This document shows, in pieces, positions 20,053-29,648 of a stretch of 64,000 nucleotides of DNA (the stretch's first letter is position 1; each line of letters starts with the position of its first letter). The DNA is taken from the IMG/VR virus record IMGVR_UViG_3300031414_000009, positions 32,001 to 96,000 of that record; one strand, 5' to 3'. The notes beneath the pieces are model-generated. The model did not search any database. It had not been told where the DNA came from and worked only from the letters and a program-made list of their open reading frames with translations. Source of the stretch: a virus. Made by a program: the position numbers and the translations under genes.

Positions 20053-20529
20053 TTATCCCGCCAGATAGACAACCACGTTATCGCTGGCTACGCCAGAAAT
20101 TGCACGAAACGTTTTGTCGTAGGAGAACAACCCAAAGTAACGAGAGGCTTCATCAATGATGATTGTATCGAACTGATTGCAATCACCGATAATAGGTGAT
20201 TTACCGCGACGTTCCTGCTCGCTGTAAAACGCACCACTCCAGATAAAGGGTTTGGGTACACCACTGAGTTCCTGCTCCCAGCGTTGTTCGAAAGACTCCC
20301 GCAAGGTCCGATCGGGGAAAACAATGAGCGTCTTCCCGTTGTCTTTCAGAGCCAGATTACGCACGGTGTGAGTCATACCAGTCTGTCTTGTACCCCGAAA
20401 GCCGATCGTTCTGAACTCAGCAATCGCCCTGTAGCGTGGACTGTTGATACACATGGCTCGTTCAGAGTCTAATGCGACCACACCCTTTAACAGTTCTTCC
20501 ACCACTGCGTTATAGTTTACGCGGGTCAT
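20053..20529 (-). CDS. mini terminase-ATPase-like P-loop protein with degenerate Walker A
   Basis: RQTGMT, GKTLIVFPDRTLRES and IIIDEA colinear with the terminase RQTGKS, GKIYLITKDDALRRS, THIDEV. Confidence 0.65.
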   Translation of the reverse strand: MTRVNYNAVVEELLKGVVALDSERAMCINSPRYRAIAEFRTIGFRGTRQTGMTHTVRNLALKDNGKTLIVFPDRTLRESFEQRWEQELSGVPKPFIWSGAFYSEQERRGKSPIIGDCNQFDTIIIDEASRYFGLFSYDKTFRAISGVASDNVVVYLAG

Positions 20530-20556
20530 AGAAACTTCCTCTCTTTAGTTAGTTGT

Positions 20557-21057
20557 TTAATCGATGCGCACCGGAGTGCCACTTTTGTACAGCTTAGTGC
20601 GAGTGAGGGTATAACTACTCTCATCGATGGTGATTTGAACGTCGTTGATAAAACGACTCATTGACGGCACATAATCGCCGTTATCCAACACCAGTCGCTC
20701 GGTGTTTAAAACGCGACCGATTGCGTGAGACGCAATACTAATTGCACTTACGACTTTCAGCGGAATTTGTTCGATCAGACGATCATCATTGATCTGTGTG
20801 TCTTCCAGTTCCAGCTTATCCACTTCAACAACATCACGAAGCTCTTTAATGGCCTGCAATATTGTTTCGTGATTTTCCAGCGCAGCTGGGAGCAGATCTT
20901 CGCCGCGCACCTTCACTACTAATAACAGTTTGGTTACACGACGGTCTACAACAATACCGCTTAGTCCCAGTGAGCTATACGGGTATGCTGCTTCGACGTT
21001 GATATGTTGCTGGTCTTGCAGCTGTGCAGCCGTGAATGGGTGTTTACGTTCAGACAT
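20557..21057 (-). CDS. hypothetical protein
   Basis: 166 aa, TAATG-coupled. Confidence 0.7.
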   Translation of the reverse strand: MSERKHPFTAAQLQDQQHINVEAAYPYSSLGLSGIVVDRRVTKLLLVVKVRGEDLLPAALENHETILQAIKELRDVVEVDKLELEDTQINDDRLIEQIPLKVVSAISIASHAIGRVLNTERLVLDNGDYVPSMSRFINDVQITIDESSYTLTRTKLYKSGTPVRID

Positions 21058-21737
21058 TATGCGTCCTTCATTAAAGTGGGGCCAGAGGACAATAAAAGCT
21101 GAAGCATCGAACGCTCCTCAGTGCGATGGAACTCACCGAAGTACGTGTCTGTTGCAAACACCAGCTTATCAACGTGTGGTGCGCGCTTCAGGTTCTTGTT
21201 GCCGTTGAACGCATCTACATCAACCAAACGACGTGGTATGCCATACTGGTCGTTGACATACAGGTTAACGTACGAAGCGTTCGAAATAAAGACGCCATCC
21301 GGTCCGGTCGGAATGTATTTTTCTTCCGAAAGATGATAGTTGTCAGCAATGAGCGCAAGCTTAGCGATACCCGTGACATCGATCAGTGCCTTGCTCAGCA
21401 GGCGCATCAGTTCGACGCGCTCAACTACAAAGAGTTGGTCAACGTGTGGTCCCAGGATGAAGTTAACTGTCTGGTATGGGACGTTTTCGCCTTCGGTGTC
21501 CACAGCGTTTCCGCTGGCGACAAAGCGTTGGGTGGTTTGCGGTGGCCATGCATTGTCGGTATCTTTAAACACAAATGGCTTAGCGAGCGAGCCGTTATAG
21601 TTAGTAAGTCCGTCTTTAGACCAAGCCACCCCAGTGGCAAACATCATCAGACCGTATGCTTCACGCAGATCAAGGTGGATGTTAGTGGTGTCATCGAGTT
21701 GAACACTTAAACTTTCGGTAACAGAGGATACTTTCAT
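21057..21737 (-). CDS. hypothetical protein
   Basis: 226 aa, AAGGA SD. Confidence 0.75.
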   Translation of the reverse strand: MKVSSVTESLSVQLDDTTNIHLDLREAYGLMMFATGVAWSKDGLTNYNGSLAKPFVFKDTDNAWPPQTTQRFVASGNAVDTEGENVPYQTVNFILGPHVDQLFVVERVELMRLLSKALIDVTGIAKLALIADNYHLSEEKYIPTGPDGVFISNASYVNLYVNDQYGIPRRLVDVDAFNGNKNLKRAPHVDKLVFATDTYFGEFHRTEERSMLQLLLSSGPTLMKDA

Positions 21738-21796
21738 TTTATTTCCTTTAAATTAATGATTCGGCTTCTTTATCAAAGCAATGGGTGGCGGTGTAA

Positions 21797-22876
21797 TTAA
21801 TCATTTACTGATGCGTAAACAGGTACCACACGAACTACACCATAAAGTCCAGCGACTTTAGCTTCCTCAGTCAGACGCGCAATGTCTGGATCGCGGTCGT
21901 CGCGGCAACCGAAACGATTGTACGCGTCGAACGCTTCGTTAGTGAACTCGACTTCTTTACCGTCACAGACAAATTTGCCAGTTACGATAAAACGATCGTC
22001 AGTTTCTTCGGCGTCTTCAACGATCAGTTTGATGGTGTCAGTGCGGTAGTCGACGACCAATTTGACGTCACGCGTTACACCCTGGCGAACTGCCGCTGCT
22101 TTAGCAGTCTCTTCAGTGATATAACCATGTTCGTCCAACAGGGAAGCCAACGCCTTGTCACGAAGACCCATGTGTGTCTGTTCACCAACGAACTCCGCAC
22201 GGAACGGTACGCGCGCCCACTCCAGGTTATCGGGCAGCGTTACTTTCATACCCTCGATGCGGGCGTTGTTACGAATCATCTTATCGGCGAAGTTGGTAAC
22301 GATCCCGCCGTTTTTGACGTTGTCGTAAGAACCAGAGTGATGCGTCCAGATTTCCATACCGAAGTGTCCGTAGTCATCGGAAAGAGCACCGTCTGTATCG
22401 CGCAACCCAGCACAGCCCAGGATACGAATGCCCGGAGCAGAGAGCATTGCGTTCCAACGGTCGGCTGACAGCTTGGTGTCTACCCAAACAGATTTCGGCA
22501 GGGTAACAGATGGACCCATGGCGATGGCCTCGCCCACACCGCACAGGTCAGTGACGTCTGCGCCTTCACGGGTGCGTACATCAACCGAGTGGTGCACTAC
22601 ATTAGCACCCTGCGTTGCCCGGAAAGCGGTGGTGTTCTGATATGCCGGACAAGCTGCACCAGATAACACAAGCGGACTACCGTTGCGACGGATGACCGCC
22701 ATCTTCTCACTGGCAATCTCATACTGCACGTTCTCGAGAATACATTGGTCGTCCAACTCGGTTAATGTTACCGCGTTTTCATCTTCGTCGCCGTGCGCGA
22801 CAACGACCGGTGTTGTGCCTGGAACACCAGCGGCCTTTAAGCCGTTCAGCAGCGTCAGTAATTGATCGATGTTCAT
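21797..22876 (-). CDS. hypothetical multi-domain protein
   Basis: 359 aa, AAGGA SD. Confidence 0.75.
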   Translation of the reverse strand: MNIDQLLTLLNGLKAAGVPGTTPVVVAHGDEDENAVTLTELDDQCILENVQYEIASEKMAVIRRNGSPLVLSGAACPAYQNTTAFRATQGANVVHHSVDVRTREGADVTDLCGVGEAIAMGPSVTLPKSVWVDTKLSADRWNAMLSAPGIRILGCAGLRDTDGALSDDYGHFGMEIWTHHSGSYDNVKNGGIVTNFADKMIRNNARIEGMKVTLPDNLEWARVPFRAEFVGEQTHMGLRDKALASLLDEHGYITEETAKAAAVRQGVTRDVKLVVDYRTDTIKLIVEDAEETDDRFIVTGKFVCDGKEVEFTNEAFDAYNRFGCRDDRDPDIARLTEEAKVAGLYGVVRVVPVYASVND

Positions 22877-22885
22877 TTTCTTTCC

Positions 22886-23299
22886 TTATTGGAGTAATGT
22901 AGCGTTGAAGATTTTATACAGCTGACCGAGTTCGACAACCAAGGCATTAAGAACTTTATCCTTATCGCCGTTTCGGTGTGTTGCTGTTTCAATTGCCCGA
23001 AGAACGGCTAACAGAGACTGCGCGTTTCCTATGCAGGTTTCCTGAAATTCCACCGGTACGGGTTCCATCCCTTCAGCCTTTTCTTGACTAATGGCGTCAG
23101 TATCAAAAAGCCAAACTGCAAACGCATCGAACTGACAAGACACTTTAGCATAGCGAGATCGAGTAGCGAGGTCTTGTAGCACGCCAGACATCAGCCGCTT
23201 CTTATCCAACTCAATGGCATAGAAGCAGGCACGATCCAATAAAAGAGGATAGGTCACGTACAGATTAAAGATTTCAGGGTAAGCTTCTTTTAACGTCAT
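22886..23299 (-). CDS. hypothetical protein
   Basis: Likely ATG 23299 with GAGGT SD. Confidence 0.65.
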   Translation of the reverse strand: MTLKEAYPEIFNLYVTYPLLLDRACFYAIELDKKRLMSGVLQDLATRSRYAKVSCQFDAFAVWLFDTDAISQEKAEGMEPVPVEFQETCIGNAQSLLAVLRAIETATHRNGDKDKVLNALVVELGQLYKIFNATLLQ

Positions 23300-23354
23300 C
23301 GGAATAACCTCGACATCATACAAAGGTCCGGGCAAACAACCCGGACCTGAGTAG

Positions 23355-24068
23355 TTAATTGGAGTCGTTAGAGTCGTTGAGTGCTTTGCTCATTAACTGA
23401 TCCACCGCTTCTTTGTCCACCTGACCAGATTCAGCATAGGTCTGATTCATCAGAGAACGGATAAGGTGATGCATCGCGCGCACGTTACGTTTTAAGGCAC
23501 CAGGCTCTTCGCCGGCGTAGCTCTTATCATACCCCAGGTTAGCTGTGGCCTTTTCCAGTCGTTCACAGAACTCAGCGATGGCGACTAAACTACGCTCTGG
23601 CACTGGAACAGTTGGACCGTCTGGGTGGTGGGAAATAGAACGAACTTCGTAAATCGTGTTGTTCACTTCCGGCTCGCTCAATCTGGCCATGTAGGTATCC
23701 AGAGAGCACGGCTTCCAAAAGGTCCATTGGCCGTTGTGGGTGCGACTGCGAATCTGGTAGATTTGTCCGGACTGGAATGTGCTACTACCAGATACGGGAA
23801 GGTTTAGATCGATCAGATGCAGTCGGGTGCCATCAGCGTTAAGCTTCTCAACGATCTTACGCATCCAGGCTTCATCCATCTCACCCGTACAATTACCGCC
23901 CAAGGTGAGATCGCGGTCAGTGCAGTCGACTGAAACCAGCGTGTTGTTTGGATCATACCCGAGCTTCTTCAGTCCATACCAAAGCACGCGACCCATAAAC
24001 GTCTTTCCGCTATGCGGTCGAGTACTGCGGATATCTACAGTAATCAGTTTCTTGTTTTCACGATTCAT
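23355..24068 (-). CDS. hypothetical protein with N-terminal P-loop
   Basis: STRPHSGKT Walker-A-like motif. Confidence 0.65.
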   Translation of the reverse strand: MNRENKKLITVDIRSTRPHSGKTFMGRVLWYGLKKLGYDPNNTLVSVDCTDRDLTLGGNCTGEMDEAWMRKIVEKLNADGTRLHLIDLNLPVSGSSTFQSGQIYQIRSRTHNGQWTFWKPCSLDTYMARLSEPEVNNTIYEVRSISHHPDGPTVPVPERSLVAIAEFCERLEKATANLGYDKSYAGEEPGALKRNVRAMHHLIRSLMNQTYAESGQVDKEAVDQLMSKALNDSNDSN

Positions 24069-24101
24069 TTCGCTACCTTATTTTAAGTTGAAGTGAGGCG
24101 A

Positions 24102-24338
24102 CTAAGCCCCTAATGCATTACGTTGAATGGCGGCAACGTCAGCAACGACGTCGTCTGAAACTGCCAGCTTATCGCATACGTCACGAACAAACGGTTCCTT
24201 GCAACGCTTTTTAACCATAGCTGCGCACTTGCGCAGCTTAGAGTTAGACTTACGATGGTTAGCCTGGCAGATGCGAAGTGTGAGAACCAAGTCAATCAGT
24301 TCGTTAATTTCCCGAATAGACTGTTTGATGTCTGACAT
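24102..24338 (-). CDS. hypothetical protein
   Basis: 78 aa, helical, AGGT SD. Confidence 0.65.
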   Translation of the reverse strand: MSDIKQSIREINELIDLVLTLRICQANHRKSNSKLRKCAAMVKKRCKEPFVRDVCDKLAVSDDVVADVAAIQRNALGA

Positions 24339-24365
24339 TCTATTACCTACCTTTGTTAAATAAAA

Positions 24366-24878
24366 CTACTCTGCTTCGGCTATAGGGCTACGCACGAAGA
24401 AGATGTTTGGGTTGTTGCGCAGTTCAGTATAGATTACTGACGCTGGTCCCATAACGCGATTGGGTTTAGTGCGAATATGGGAATCGCCCAACAGGACCGC
24501 ACAGCGACCCTTTTCCGCATACTCGCGAATTACGCTCAGCATTTGCTTTTCTCGAACAGCGAAACTGTAGGAGCAATCGACATATAACCCGTCTTTGTCT
24601 TTACGATCAAGCTGATGGATTTTGTCGTCCCATACATCAATACCAATGCACGGGATACCAAACTTCAATGCGAGTTCGTAGCTACCCGGACCGATAGCGT
24701 AGTTGCGCTCTTTAATAGCGCGACGCAGTTTATCGGGTGTGTCGAGGATATTGTTGCCGGCTTCTTCCGACAGAATAAAGTCGAAAGGTGCAGCACGATT
24801 ATCCATGCGAATCAGCTGCTCAACACGCTCGCGTTCTGCTTTGGTGTGCAGTTCACCGTAGATGATGACCTGTTTCAT
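24366..24878 (-). CDS. minimal TIKI/EreA/ChaN-superfamily domain (possible metallo-hydrolase or peptidase)
   Basis: IIYGELH, ILSEE, CIGID, REKQM, LLGDSH motif order; ATGA-coupled. Confidence 0.65.
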   Translation of the reverse strand: MKQVIIYGELHTKAERERVEQLIRMDNRAAPFDFILSEEAGNNILDTPDKLRRAIKERNYAIGPGSYELALKFGIPCIGIDVWDDKIHQLDRKDKDGLYVDCSYSFAVREKQMLSVIREYAEKGRCAVLLGDSHIRTKPNRVMGPASVIYTELRNNPNIFFVRSPIAEAE

Positions 24879-25522
24879 TCGATACTCCATTTCGCCGGAG
24901 AACATTTAAATTCATGCTCAAGGCCATACTGGTCTTCAAGGCTGGCTTTACCGGTCTGATATCCTACACGAACCTCTTCACACAGCTCCAGCCAGTAGTC
25001 TTCATCTGGACAGTTTTCCCAACGATGATACAATGGACTTTCAGTGTCGACCAGATCAGACATGAGCAGTGGAAACTCACGCGGTTTACGCAAACCGGCC
25101 TCATAGTGCTCGACGATGCGTTTAAATTCGTCAGCCAGTTCATCGGGCAGGCTCAGTGTGTGGCCTGAGGATTCTGGTAACGTGCCCCCATCTGTCCTGT
25201 AGTGTTGAAGAATCAACGTAGTTGCCACCGGGAACATACACCCGAAGCCAAAGATCAACTGACCTTTATACAACACCAGTGAGATGTCCGGCATGTAGAA
25301 CAACCCAGTGAACTTCAGAAGCTGTTCGTCGTAAGCCTTTGGATCTTTCGGACCATCGCTGTAGCAGCTATTGCAACCGCCCGCACTTTCGATTTTACCA
25401 TTGACATCGAAGTTGATATATCCCAAACCCAACTCATCGCGAATCTGTGTCCAGCCTTTCTTAAAGGTAGCTTTATCTACACGCATACCTTCCGGCCAAC
25501 TTACATTTGCAACATCAGTCAT
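24875..25522 (-). CDS. hypothetical protein
   Basis: ATG 25522 with GGAG SD; CNSC motif. Confidence 0.7.
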   Translation of the reverse strand: MTDVANVSWPEGMRVDKATFKKGWTQIRDELGLGYINFDVNGKIESAGGCNSCYSDGPKDPKAYDEQLLKFTGLFYMPDISLVLYKGQLIFGFGCMFPVATTLILQHYRTDGGTLPESSGHTLSLPDELADEFKRIVEHYEAGLRKPREFPLLMSDLVDTESPLYHRWENCPDEDYWLELCEEVRVGYQTGKASLEDQYGLEHEFKCSPAKWSIE

Positions 25523-25523
25523 T

Positions 25524-25952
25524 TTACGCTCCGTTAAAGATACCGCGAGTGTGGTCACGTTCGTCGTCAACCGAGATCACACCGTTTGCACAAAGGACAC
25601 CCTGAATGTAGCCTAACCAACGATGCTTTTTGGTAAGTGGCATTGTTTCGTCAGTGTCCAATTTGATAAGCATTTCGATCAGGTGCGCTGGACGCTGGTA
25701 GTTGTCCTTGGGTTTGATTAGCTCACCCTCAGTTACGATAGCACTGTAATAACGCTCGATTAACTCAGGGTAGAACAACCGACCTTCGAACGTACGCCAC
25801 ACCCAGTCGAGACCATGCGCAGTTCGACGTTCATGTGGACCCCATACGTCTACCATGGTAAACATATCGAAGCCTTCAGCATGGTCCGGAATGAACGGCT
25901 CGTTCTCGGCTAATGTGCGCTCGTGTTTCCATTTTTTAAAGGTGGTCCCCAT
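25524..25952 (-). CDS. hypothetical protein with conserved phage C-terminal motif
   Basis: KHRWLGYIQGVL..ERDHTR motif; TAATG-coupled to the RNA ligase. Confidence 0.7.
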   Translation of the reverse strand: MGTTFKKWKHERTLAENEPFIPDHAEGFDMFTMVDVWGPHERRTAHGLDWVWRTFEGRLFYPELIERYYSAIVTEGELIKPKDNYQRPAHLIEMLIKLDTDETMPLTKKHRWLGYIQGVLCANGVISVDDERDHTRGIFNGA

Positions 25953-27082
25953 TAGTCAATCTCCATACGGTAAAAGAGTTCGCAGCTATAACGATCTTTG
26001 AACTCTTTGAAGAACTGCGCTGGCCAATCGAACTTCTGGGCCTTGCTACGCCGATTCAATAGGAACAGGTCGCTCTTACTGAGAATCTGGGATAACTCAC
26101 GACCCTCCATGCCAGCGTACTTCTCGACCATTGCATCGATAGTCGCTAACCAGAGACGGTAGTCGGTAGCAACCTTAGTCGCGGCAAGCTCAGCCTGCTC
26201 TAGTACTGGGCTACCGGCAAAGCGTTGCGCTAAATACGCCAACGCATCGTCGATGTTCTCACCCAGTACCAGCTTGGCAATCGAACGCTCGCTTAAGTTA
26301 CCCACTAAGTGATGGCGCTTGATGTACCAGTCAGTTTTGAGTTTGAACATCTGACCATCGACTTGCAGCACCCAGCCTTCAAAGTTCTCACGAGTGCGTT
26401 GTGCTTCCATCAACTCGTCAAAGTCTTTGAATACATCGAAGTCCTTCAGCCGGATGTAACCGGTTTCTACTTGCAGGTTGAAGTCGGAGTTCTCTTCCCA
26501 CTCGTAGATGTCTTTGTACTCACCAGTGACGTTATCACGAATGGCCAGCAGAACCAGATGGTCTTCATCGTATTCCAGCAGATGCTGATGGTCAGGCCCC
26601 AGCTTCTTATAGACGCGTTCAAAGATAACGGTGACGTTACCGTAATGCTCACGGATGTGCCGAACTACAGGAATGGCGCGATTGTAAAATGGATCTTTAA
26701 CTAAAGCGCGCTTAGTGGCAACCAGCAGCCCATCGTTGTAAATGGTGGCCGCGACCATCGACCCGTCGCTTTTGTGCTCAATGCAATAACCCTGATGTCG
26801 CTTGGGGAACATAGCTCGAACTAAAGGCAACTGAGACTCTGCTTTCTCACCCACGTTAAAGAACTTGTGGAATGGACGCAAAATAATCTCGTTCGTTTCG
26901 GTGTCGATTAAAACACCACGAATCTCACGACGCAGGTGGCTGTCAAAGGTATCGCGCTCAGCGATGTTATAGCAGAGACTTGCCAGCTTAGTGCCGGGGT
27001 GGCGACAAACCGCAAACTCTGGCCGACCGACCATAGCGCCTAAAAGCGGCTCTGCGCTATAAAGGTAGGAATACTCGTACAT
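25952..27082 (-). CDS. rnl1: RNA ligase 1 (T4 Rnl1-like)
   Basis: REIRG, PFHKFFNVGE, motif I KSDGS, IFE, LLAIRDN, FEGWV, FKLKTDWY. Confidence 0.9.
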   Translation of the reverse strand: MYEYSYLYSAEPLLGAMVGRPEFAVCRHPGTKLASLCYNIAERDTFDSHLRREIRGVLIDTETNEIILRPFHKFFNVGEKAESQLPLVRAMFPKRHQGYCIEHKSDGSMVAATIYNDGLLVATKRALVKDPFYNRAIPVVRHIREHYGNVTVIFERVYKKLGPDHQHLLEYDEDHLVLLAIRDNVTGEYKDIYEWEENSDFNLQVETGYIRLKDFDVFKDFDELMEAQRTRENFEGWVLQVDGQMFKLKTDWYIKRHHLVGNLSERSIAKLVLGENIDDALAYLAQRFAGSPVLEQAELAATKVATDYRLWLATIDAMVEKYAGMEGRELSQILSKSDLFLLNRRSKAQKFDWPAQFFKEFKDRYSCELFYRMEID

Positions 27083-27091
27083 GGGCTTTCC

Positions 27092-27583
27092 TTATACAGA
27101 AGTGGGCTTAGGCGTGGAGTTGTGCAAACGATAGTGGTACGTCATCTTCGCCAGGTCATCGTCACTGAGCGGTGAAGTGTTACCATCGATTGCCCATACA
27201 CCGTCGACCTTTTCCAACGTGTGGCGGTGTACGCCATGGTCTGGGTCGTGTGAGGAATAGGCGGTGTTAAATGCATCTGCCAACACAACGGCTACGTGTT
27301 CTGGCACGAGGTTAATATACGTAGCGAGGTTGAGGAATGCGTTATTGAACTCGAGTGACTTAGCCCACTCGGCTACTTTGTTATCCGCATCGATCCAGCG
27401 CCCACAATGTTCAAATTCTTCACGCCCACCACTTAAGATCTCTGTCTCGTTGCAGAGCGCCGCTTCAAACCCCAGACCAGGGATGTAGATGGGGTGTTCA
27501 CCTTCGTCTGACATTAACATGGTCATGGTGGGCAGGGTGTCAATAGGTACAGCCAGCCAAAATACAAGATTAGTTTTGTTCAT
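27092..27583 (-). CDS. hypothetical early protein
   Basis: 163 aa; first gene after an early promoter. Confidence 0.7.
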   Translation of the reverse strand: MNKTNLVFWLAVPIDTLPTMTMLMSDEGEHPIYIPGLGFEAALCNETEILSGGREEFEHCGRWIDADNKVAEWAKSLEFNNAFLNLATYINLVPEHVAVVLADAFNTAYSSHDPDHGVHRHTLEKVDGVWAIDGNTSPLSDDDLAKMTYHYRLHNSTPKPTSV

Positions 27584-27620
27584 TTTGTTTCCTTAATCGA
27601 TTGGTGGGTAAATTTCACTT

Positions 27621-27640
27621 AGGTAATGTATATCTAAAAC
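27621..27640 (-). promoter_or_regulatory. putative early promoter
   Basis: GTTTTAGATATACATTACCT. Confidence 0.65.
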
Positions 27641-27651
27641 CCAGATGAGTC

Positions 27652-27701
27652 CAAAAAAGAAAGACGGAATAAGCGGGGAGCAAAAAGCTCCCCGTTTTAT
27701 G
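27652..27701. terminator. hairpin terminator
   Basis: CGGGGAGC/GCTCCCCG stem; TTTTATG on the plus side, displaced T tract on the minus side. Confidence 0.7.
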
Positions 27702-27704
27702 TTA

Positions 27705-27860
27705 TTACATCACCGCTACTGCGATGGTGGCTACAATCAATACCCAACCGGACACCGCAAACTCACCCAGTAACCCCGGATAGTGTCCAGCAATACCAAA
27801 ACAGACAACGGCTGCTCCGCCCAACACAACGGTGGCTATGTTACGAAGGTGTTTTACCAT
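27705..27860 (-). CDS. 51-aa two-TM micro-protein (not in the ORF track)
   Basis: MVKHLRNIATVVLGGAAVVCFGIAGHYPGLLGEFAVSGWVLIVATIAVAVM; TGATG overlap with the thyA stop. Confidence 0.65.
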   Translation of the reverse strand: MVKHLRNIATVVLGGAAVVCFGIAGHYPGLLGEFAVSGWVLIVATIAVAVM

Positions 27861-29083
27861 CACTTGCTCACCGGGATATTAACACGCGGGTATGGGTCGT
27901 AACCTTCCAGCGTGAAGTCTTCAAAGCGGAAGTCTTTCGGGTCAGTCACCACACGACCATGGGTGTTAATGATCAGCTTCGGCAATGGACGAGGTTCGCG
28001 ATCAATAAACTCTGGGATCTTATCCAGCTGGTTATTATAGATGTGGACGTCACCACCGATCCAAATCAGATCTTCGACTTCATAGTTCAGGATGTGTGCG
28101 AACATGTGACACAGCAACGCATAGCCCGCAATGTTAAATGGCGTACCCAGTAAGATATCCTGAGAACGACAGTACACAGAAAGAGACAGCGCACGAGTAG
28201 GTACGTTCATGCGGTTAAGCAGAGGAGTGTAGTCCTTGTCTTCATTCCACATCGCCGGTAGCTCTACACCACTCCGTGCCGCATAAGACGCCTTACGCTC
28301 TTCATAACTAAGCTCACGAGTATAAGCCTGTAGTAAGGTGTGACACCATGCTAACGCTGCATTGCCAACCAGCACGTTTTCCTGAGGAGACAAGTTCATC
28401 TCATCTGGTAATTCACTGGCATTCCAGTTGTTCACGATGTGACGACGGGAATCGGGACGAGCCTTCAGCAGATACAGCAGTTCTGCAATTTGGTCACGGG
28501 CCGCATCGCTGTAGTCCATCAACTGGCTTAAGCGAGCGAGATCGATCTTACCGTCAAACTCAGCACGACGGATTTTATCTTCCAGCACACGGCGATTGAT
28601 GAAACCTTTGTTCCACTGACGCATTTGCTTGCCATAGACCGGCCCCAGATCGCCAATACGCAGACCGTCTTTCAGAACCATGTTGACGTCACCGCCTACC
28701 TGCTCACCCTGCAACCACAACAGCGCTTTAGTAGGCATACGGTGATGTGACATATCCAGGAGATGTGGTGGAACGAAGCTCTTTAGTTTCTCAACATCAA
28801 CCTGTGCCCAAGTGATGTCTTCGATAGCCACTGCCCATTCATTCCATATCTTGACATTCTTAGCACGCAGAGTTTCGTTGTTGGTATCCCCATTTAAGAA
28901 CCAGAGGTTTTCTTCAACGATTGGACGGAACGGTGTGCTCTTAACACCAACCATTGGGAAACCTTCACGCAGATTAAAGCGCATGGTGCGATGAAATACA
29001 GACACGGTGCCTGTGCCGGTACGATCGCCTTTGTTGATACCGTTGTCGCGCACGTCCTTAACTAAATCGATATACTGTTGCAT
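27860..29083 (-). CDS. thyA: thymidylate synthase with large insertions
   Basis: DRTGTGT, IWNEWA, LGPVYGKQ, PDSRR, catalytic CH, RSQD..LG.PFN, GDVHIY; 407 aa. Confidence 0.96.
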   Translation of the reverse strand: MQQYIDLVKDVRDNGINKGDRTGTGTVSVFHRTMRFNLREGFPMVGVKSTPFRPIVEENLWFLNGDTNNETLRAKNVKIWNEWAVAIEDITWAQVDVEKLKSFVPPHLLDMSHHRMPTKALLWLQGEQVGGDVNMVLKDGLRIGDLGPVYGKQMRQWNKGFINRRVLEDKIRRAEFDGKIDLARLSQLMDYSDAARDQIAELLYLLKARPDSRRHIVNNWNASELPDEMNLSPQENVLVGNAALAWCHTLLQAYTRELSYEERKASYAARSGVELPAMWNEDKDYTPLLNRMNVPTRALSLSVYCRSQDILLGTPFNIAGYALLCHMFAHILNYEVEDLIWIGGDVHIYNNQLDKIPEFIDREPRPLPKLIINTHGRVVTDPKDFRFEDFTLEGYDPYPRVNIPVSK

Positions 29084-29646
29084 TAGAACCCCATAGTCTC
29101 TGCTGCTAAAAAGGAACACTCTGGATCTGCGTTACGAATGATCTTACATACCGCAGCCAGTTTATATTCGAAATCCTCGTACTCACTGGCCAAATGCTCG
29201 CGTGTCCAAGGTTCGCCGGCATCCCGGCTAAGCGAATACCCGCCATCGATGTCTTCACGATAGCGTGTACCCATAGTAAAATGTGCATCGTAATGAATGC
29301 CTTCTACCGGGTCGCATAACCACACATGAAAGGGGTCACCCAGTAAAATAAGATCTACACCCATCAGTTCCAACTGCCCACGCACCAGAGCTGCGAAGGT
29401 GTGACACAATCCACAGTTAACTAAGTCTGTAATGTCAGCGACTGTTGCTTTAACAGCCATAAACGGTAACAGCTTCGACCGTAGGGGTGACAACACAGAA
29501 CGCAGTTCATTGATCGTTCGTGTGATCAATTGGTTGCGTGGGGTTAGAGTCGGTGTCAGGTACGACTCACCTTCCTCGAGAAATGGATACGGTAGTTTCG
29601 CATGCGCATTAAACAAGTCAGTTGTTGTGATGGGTGTAGTAAACAT
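29083..29646 (-). CDS. papain/transglutaminase-like protein with Cys-His-Asp triad
   Basis: NCGLCHTFA, FHVW, HYDA; paralog of 40243-40713. Confidence 0.6.
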   Translation of the reverse strand: MFTTPITTTDLFNAHAKLPYPFLEEGESYLTPTLTPRNQLITRTINELRSVLSPLRSKLLPFMAVKATVADITDLVNCGLCHTFAALVRGQLELMGVDLILLGDPFHVWLCDPVEGIHYDAHFTMGTRYREDIDGGYSLSRDAGEPWTREHLASEYEDFEYKLAAVCKIIRNADPECSFLAAETMGF

Positions 29647-29648
29647 TA

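Noticed and set aside
27860-29083. dCMP hydroxymethylase, or intron/intein in thyA
   Set aside because: The specificity Asn is retained; the insertions are in frame and lack intein or homing-endonuclease motifs
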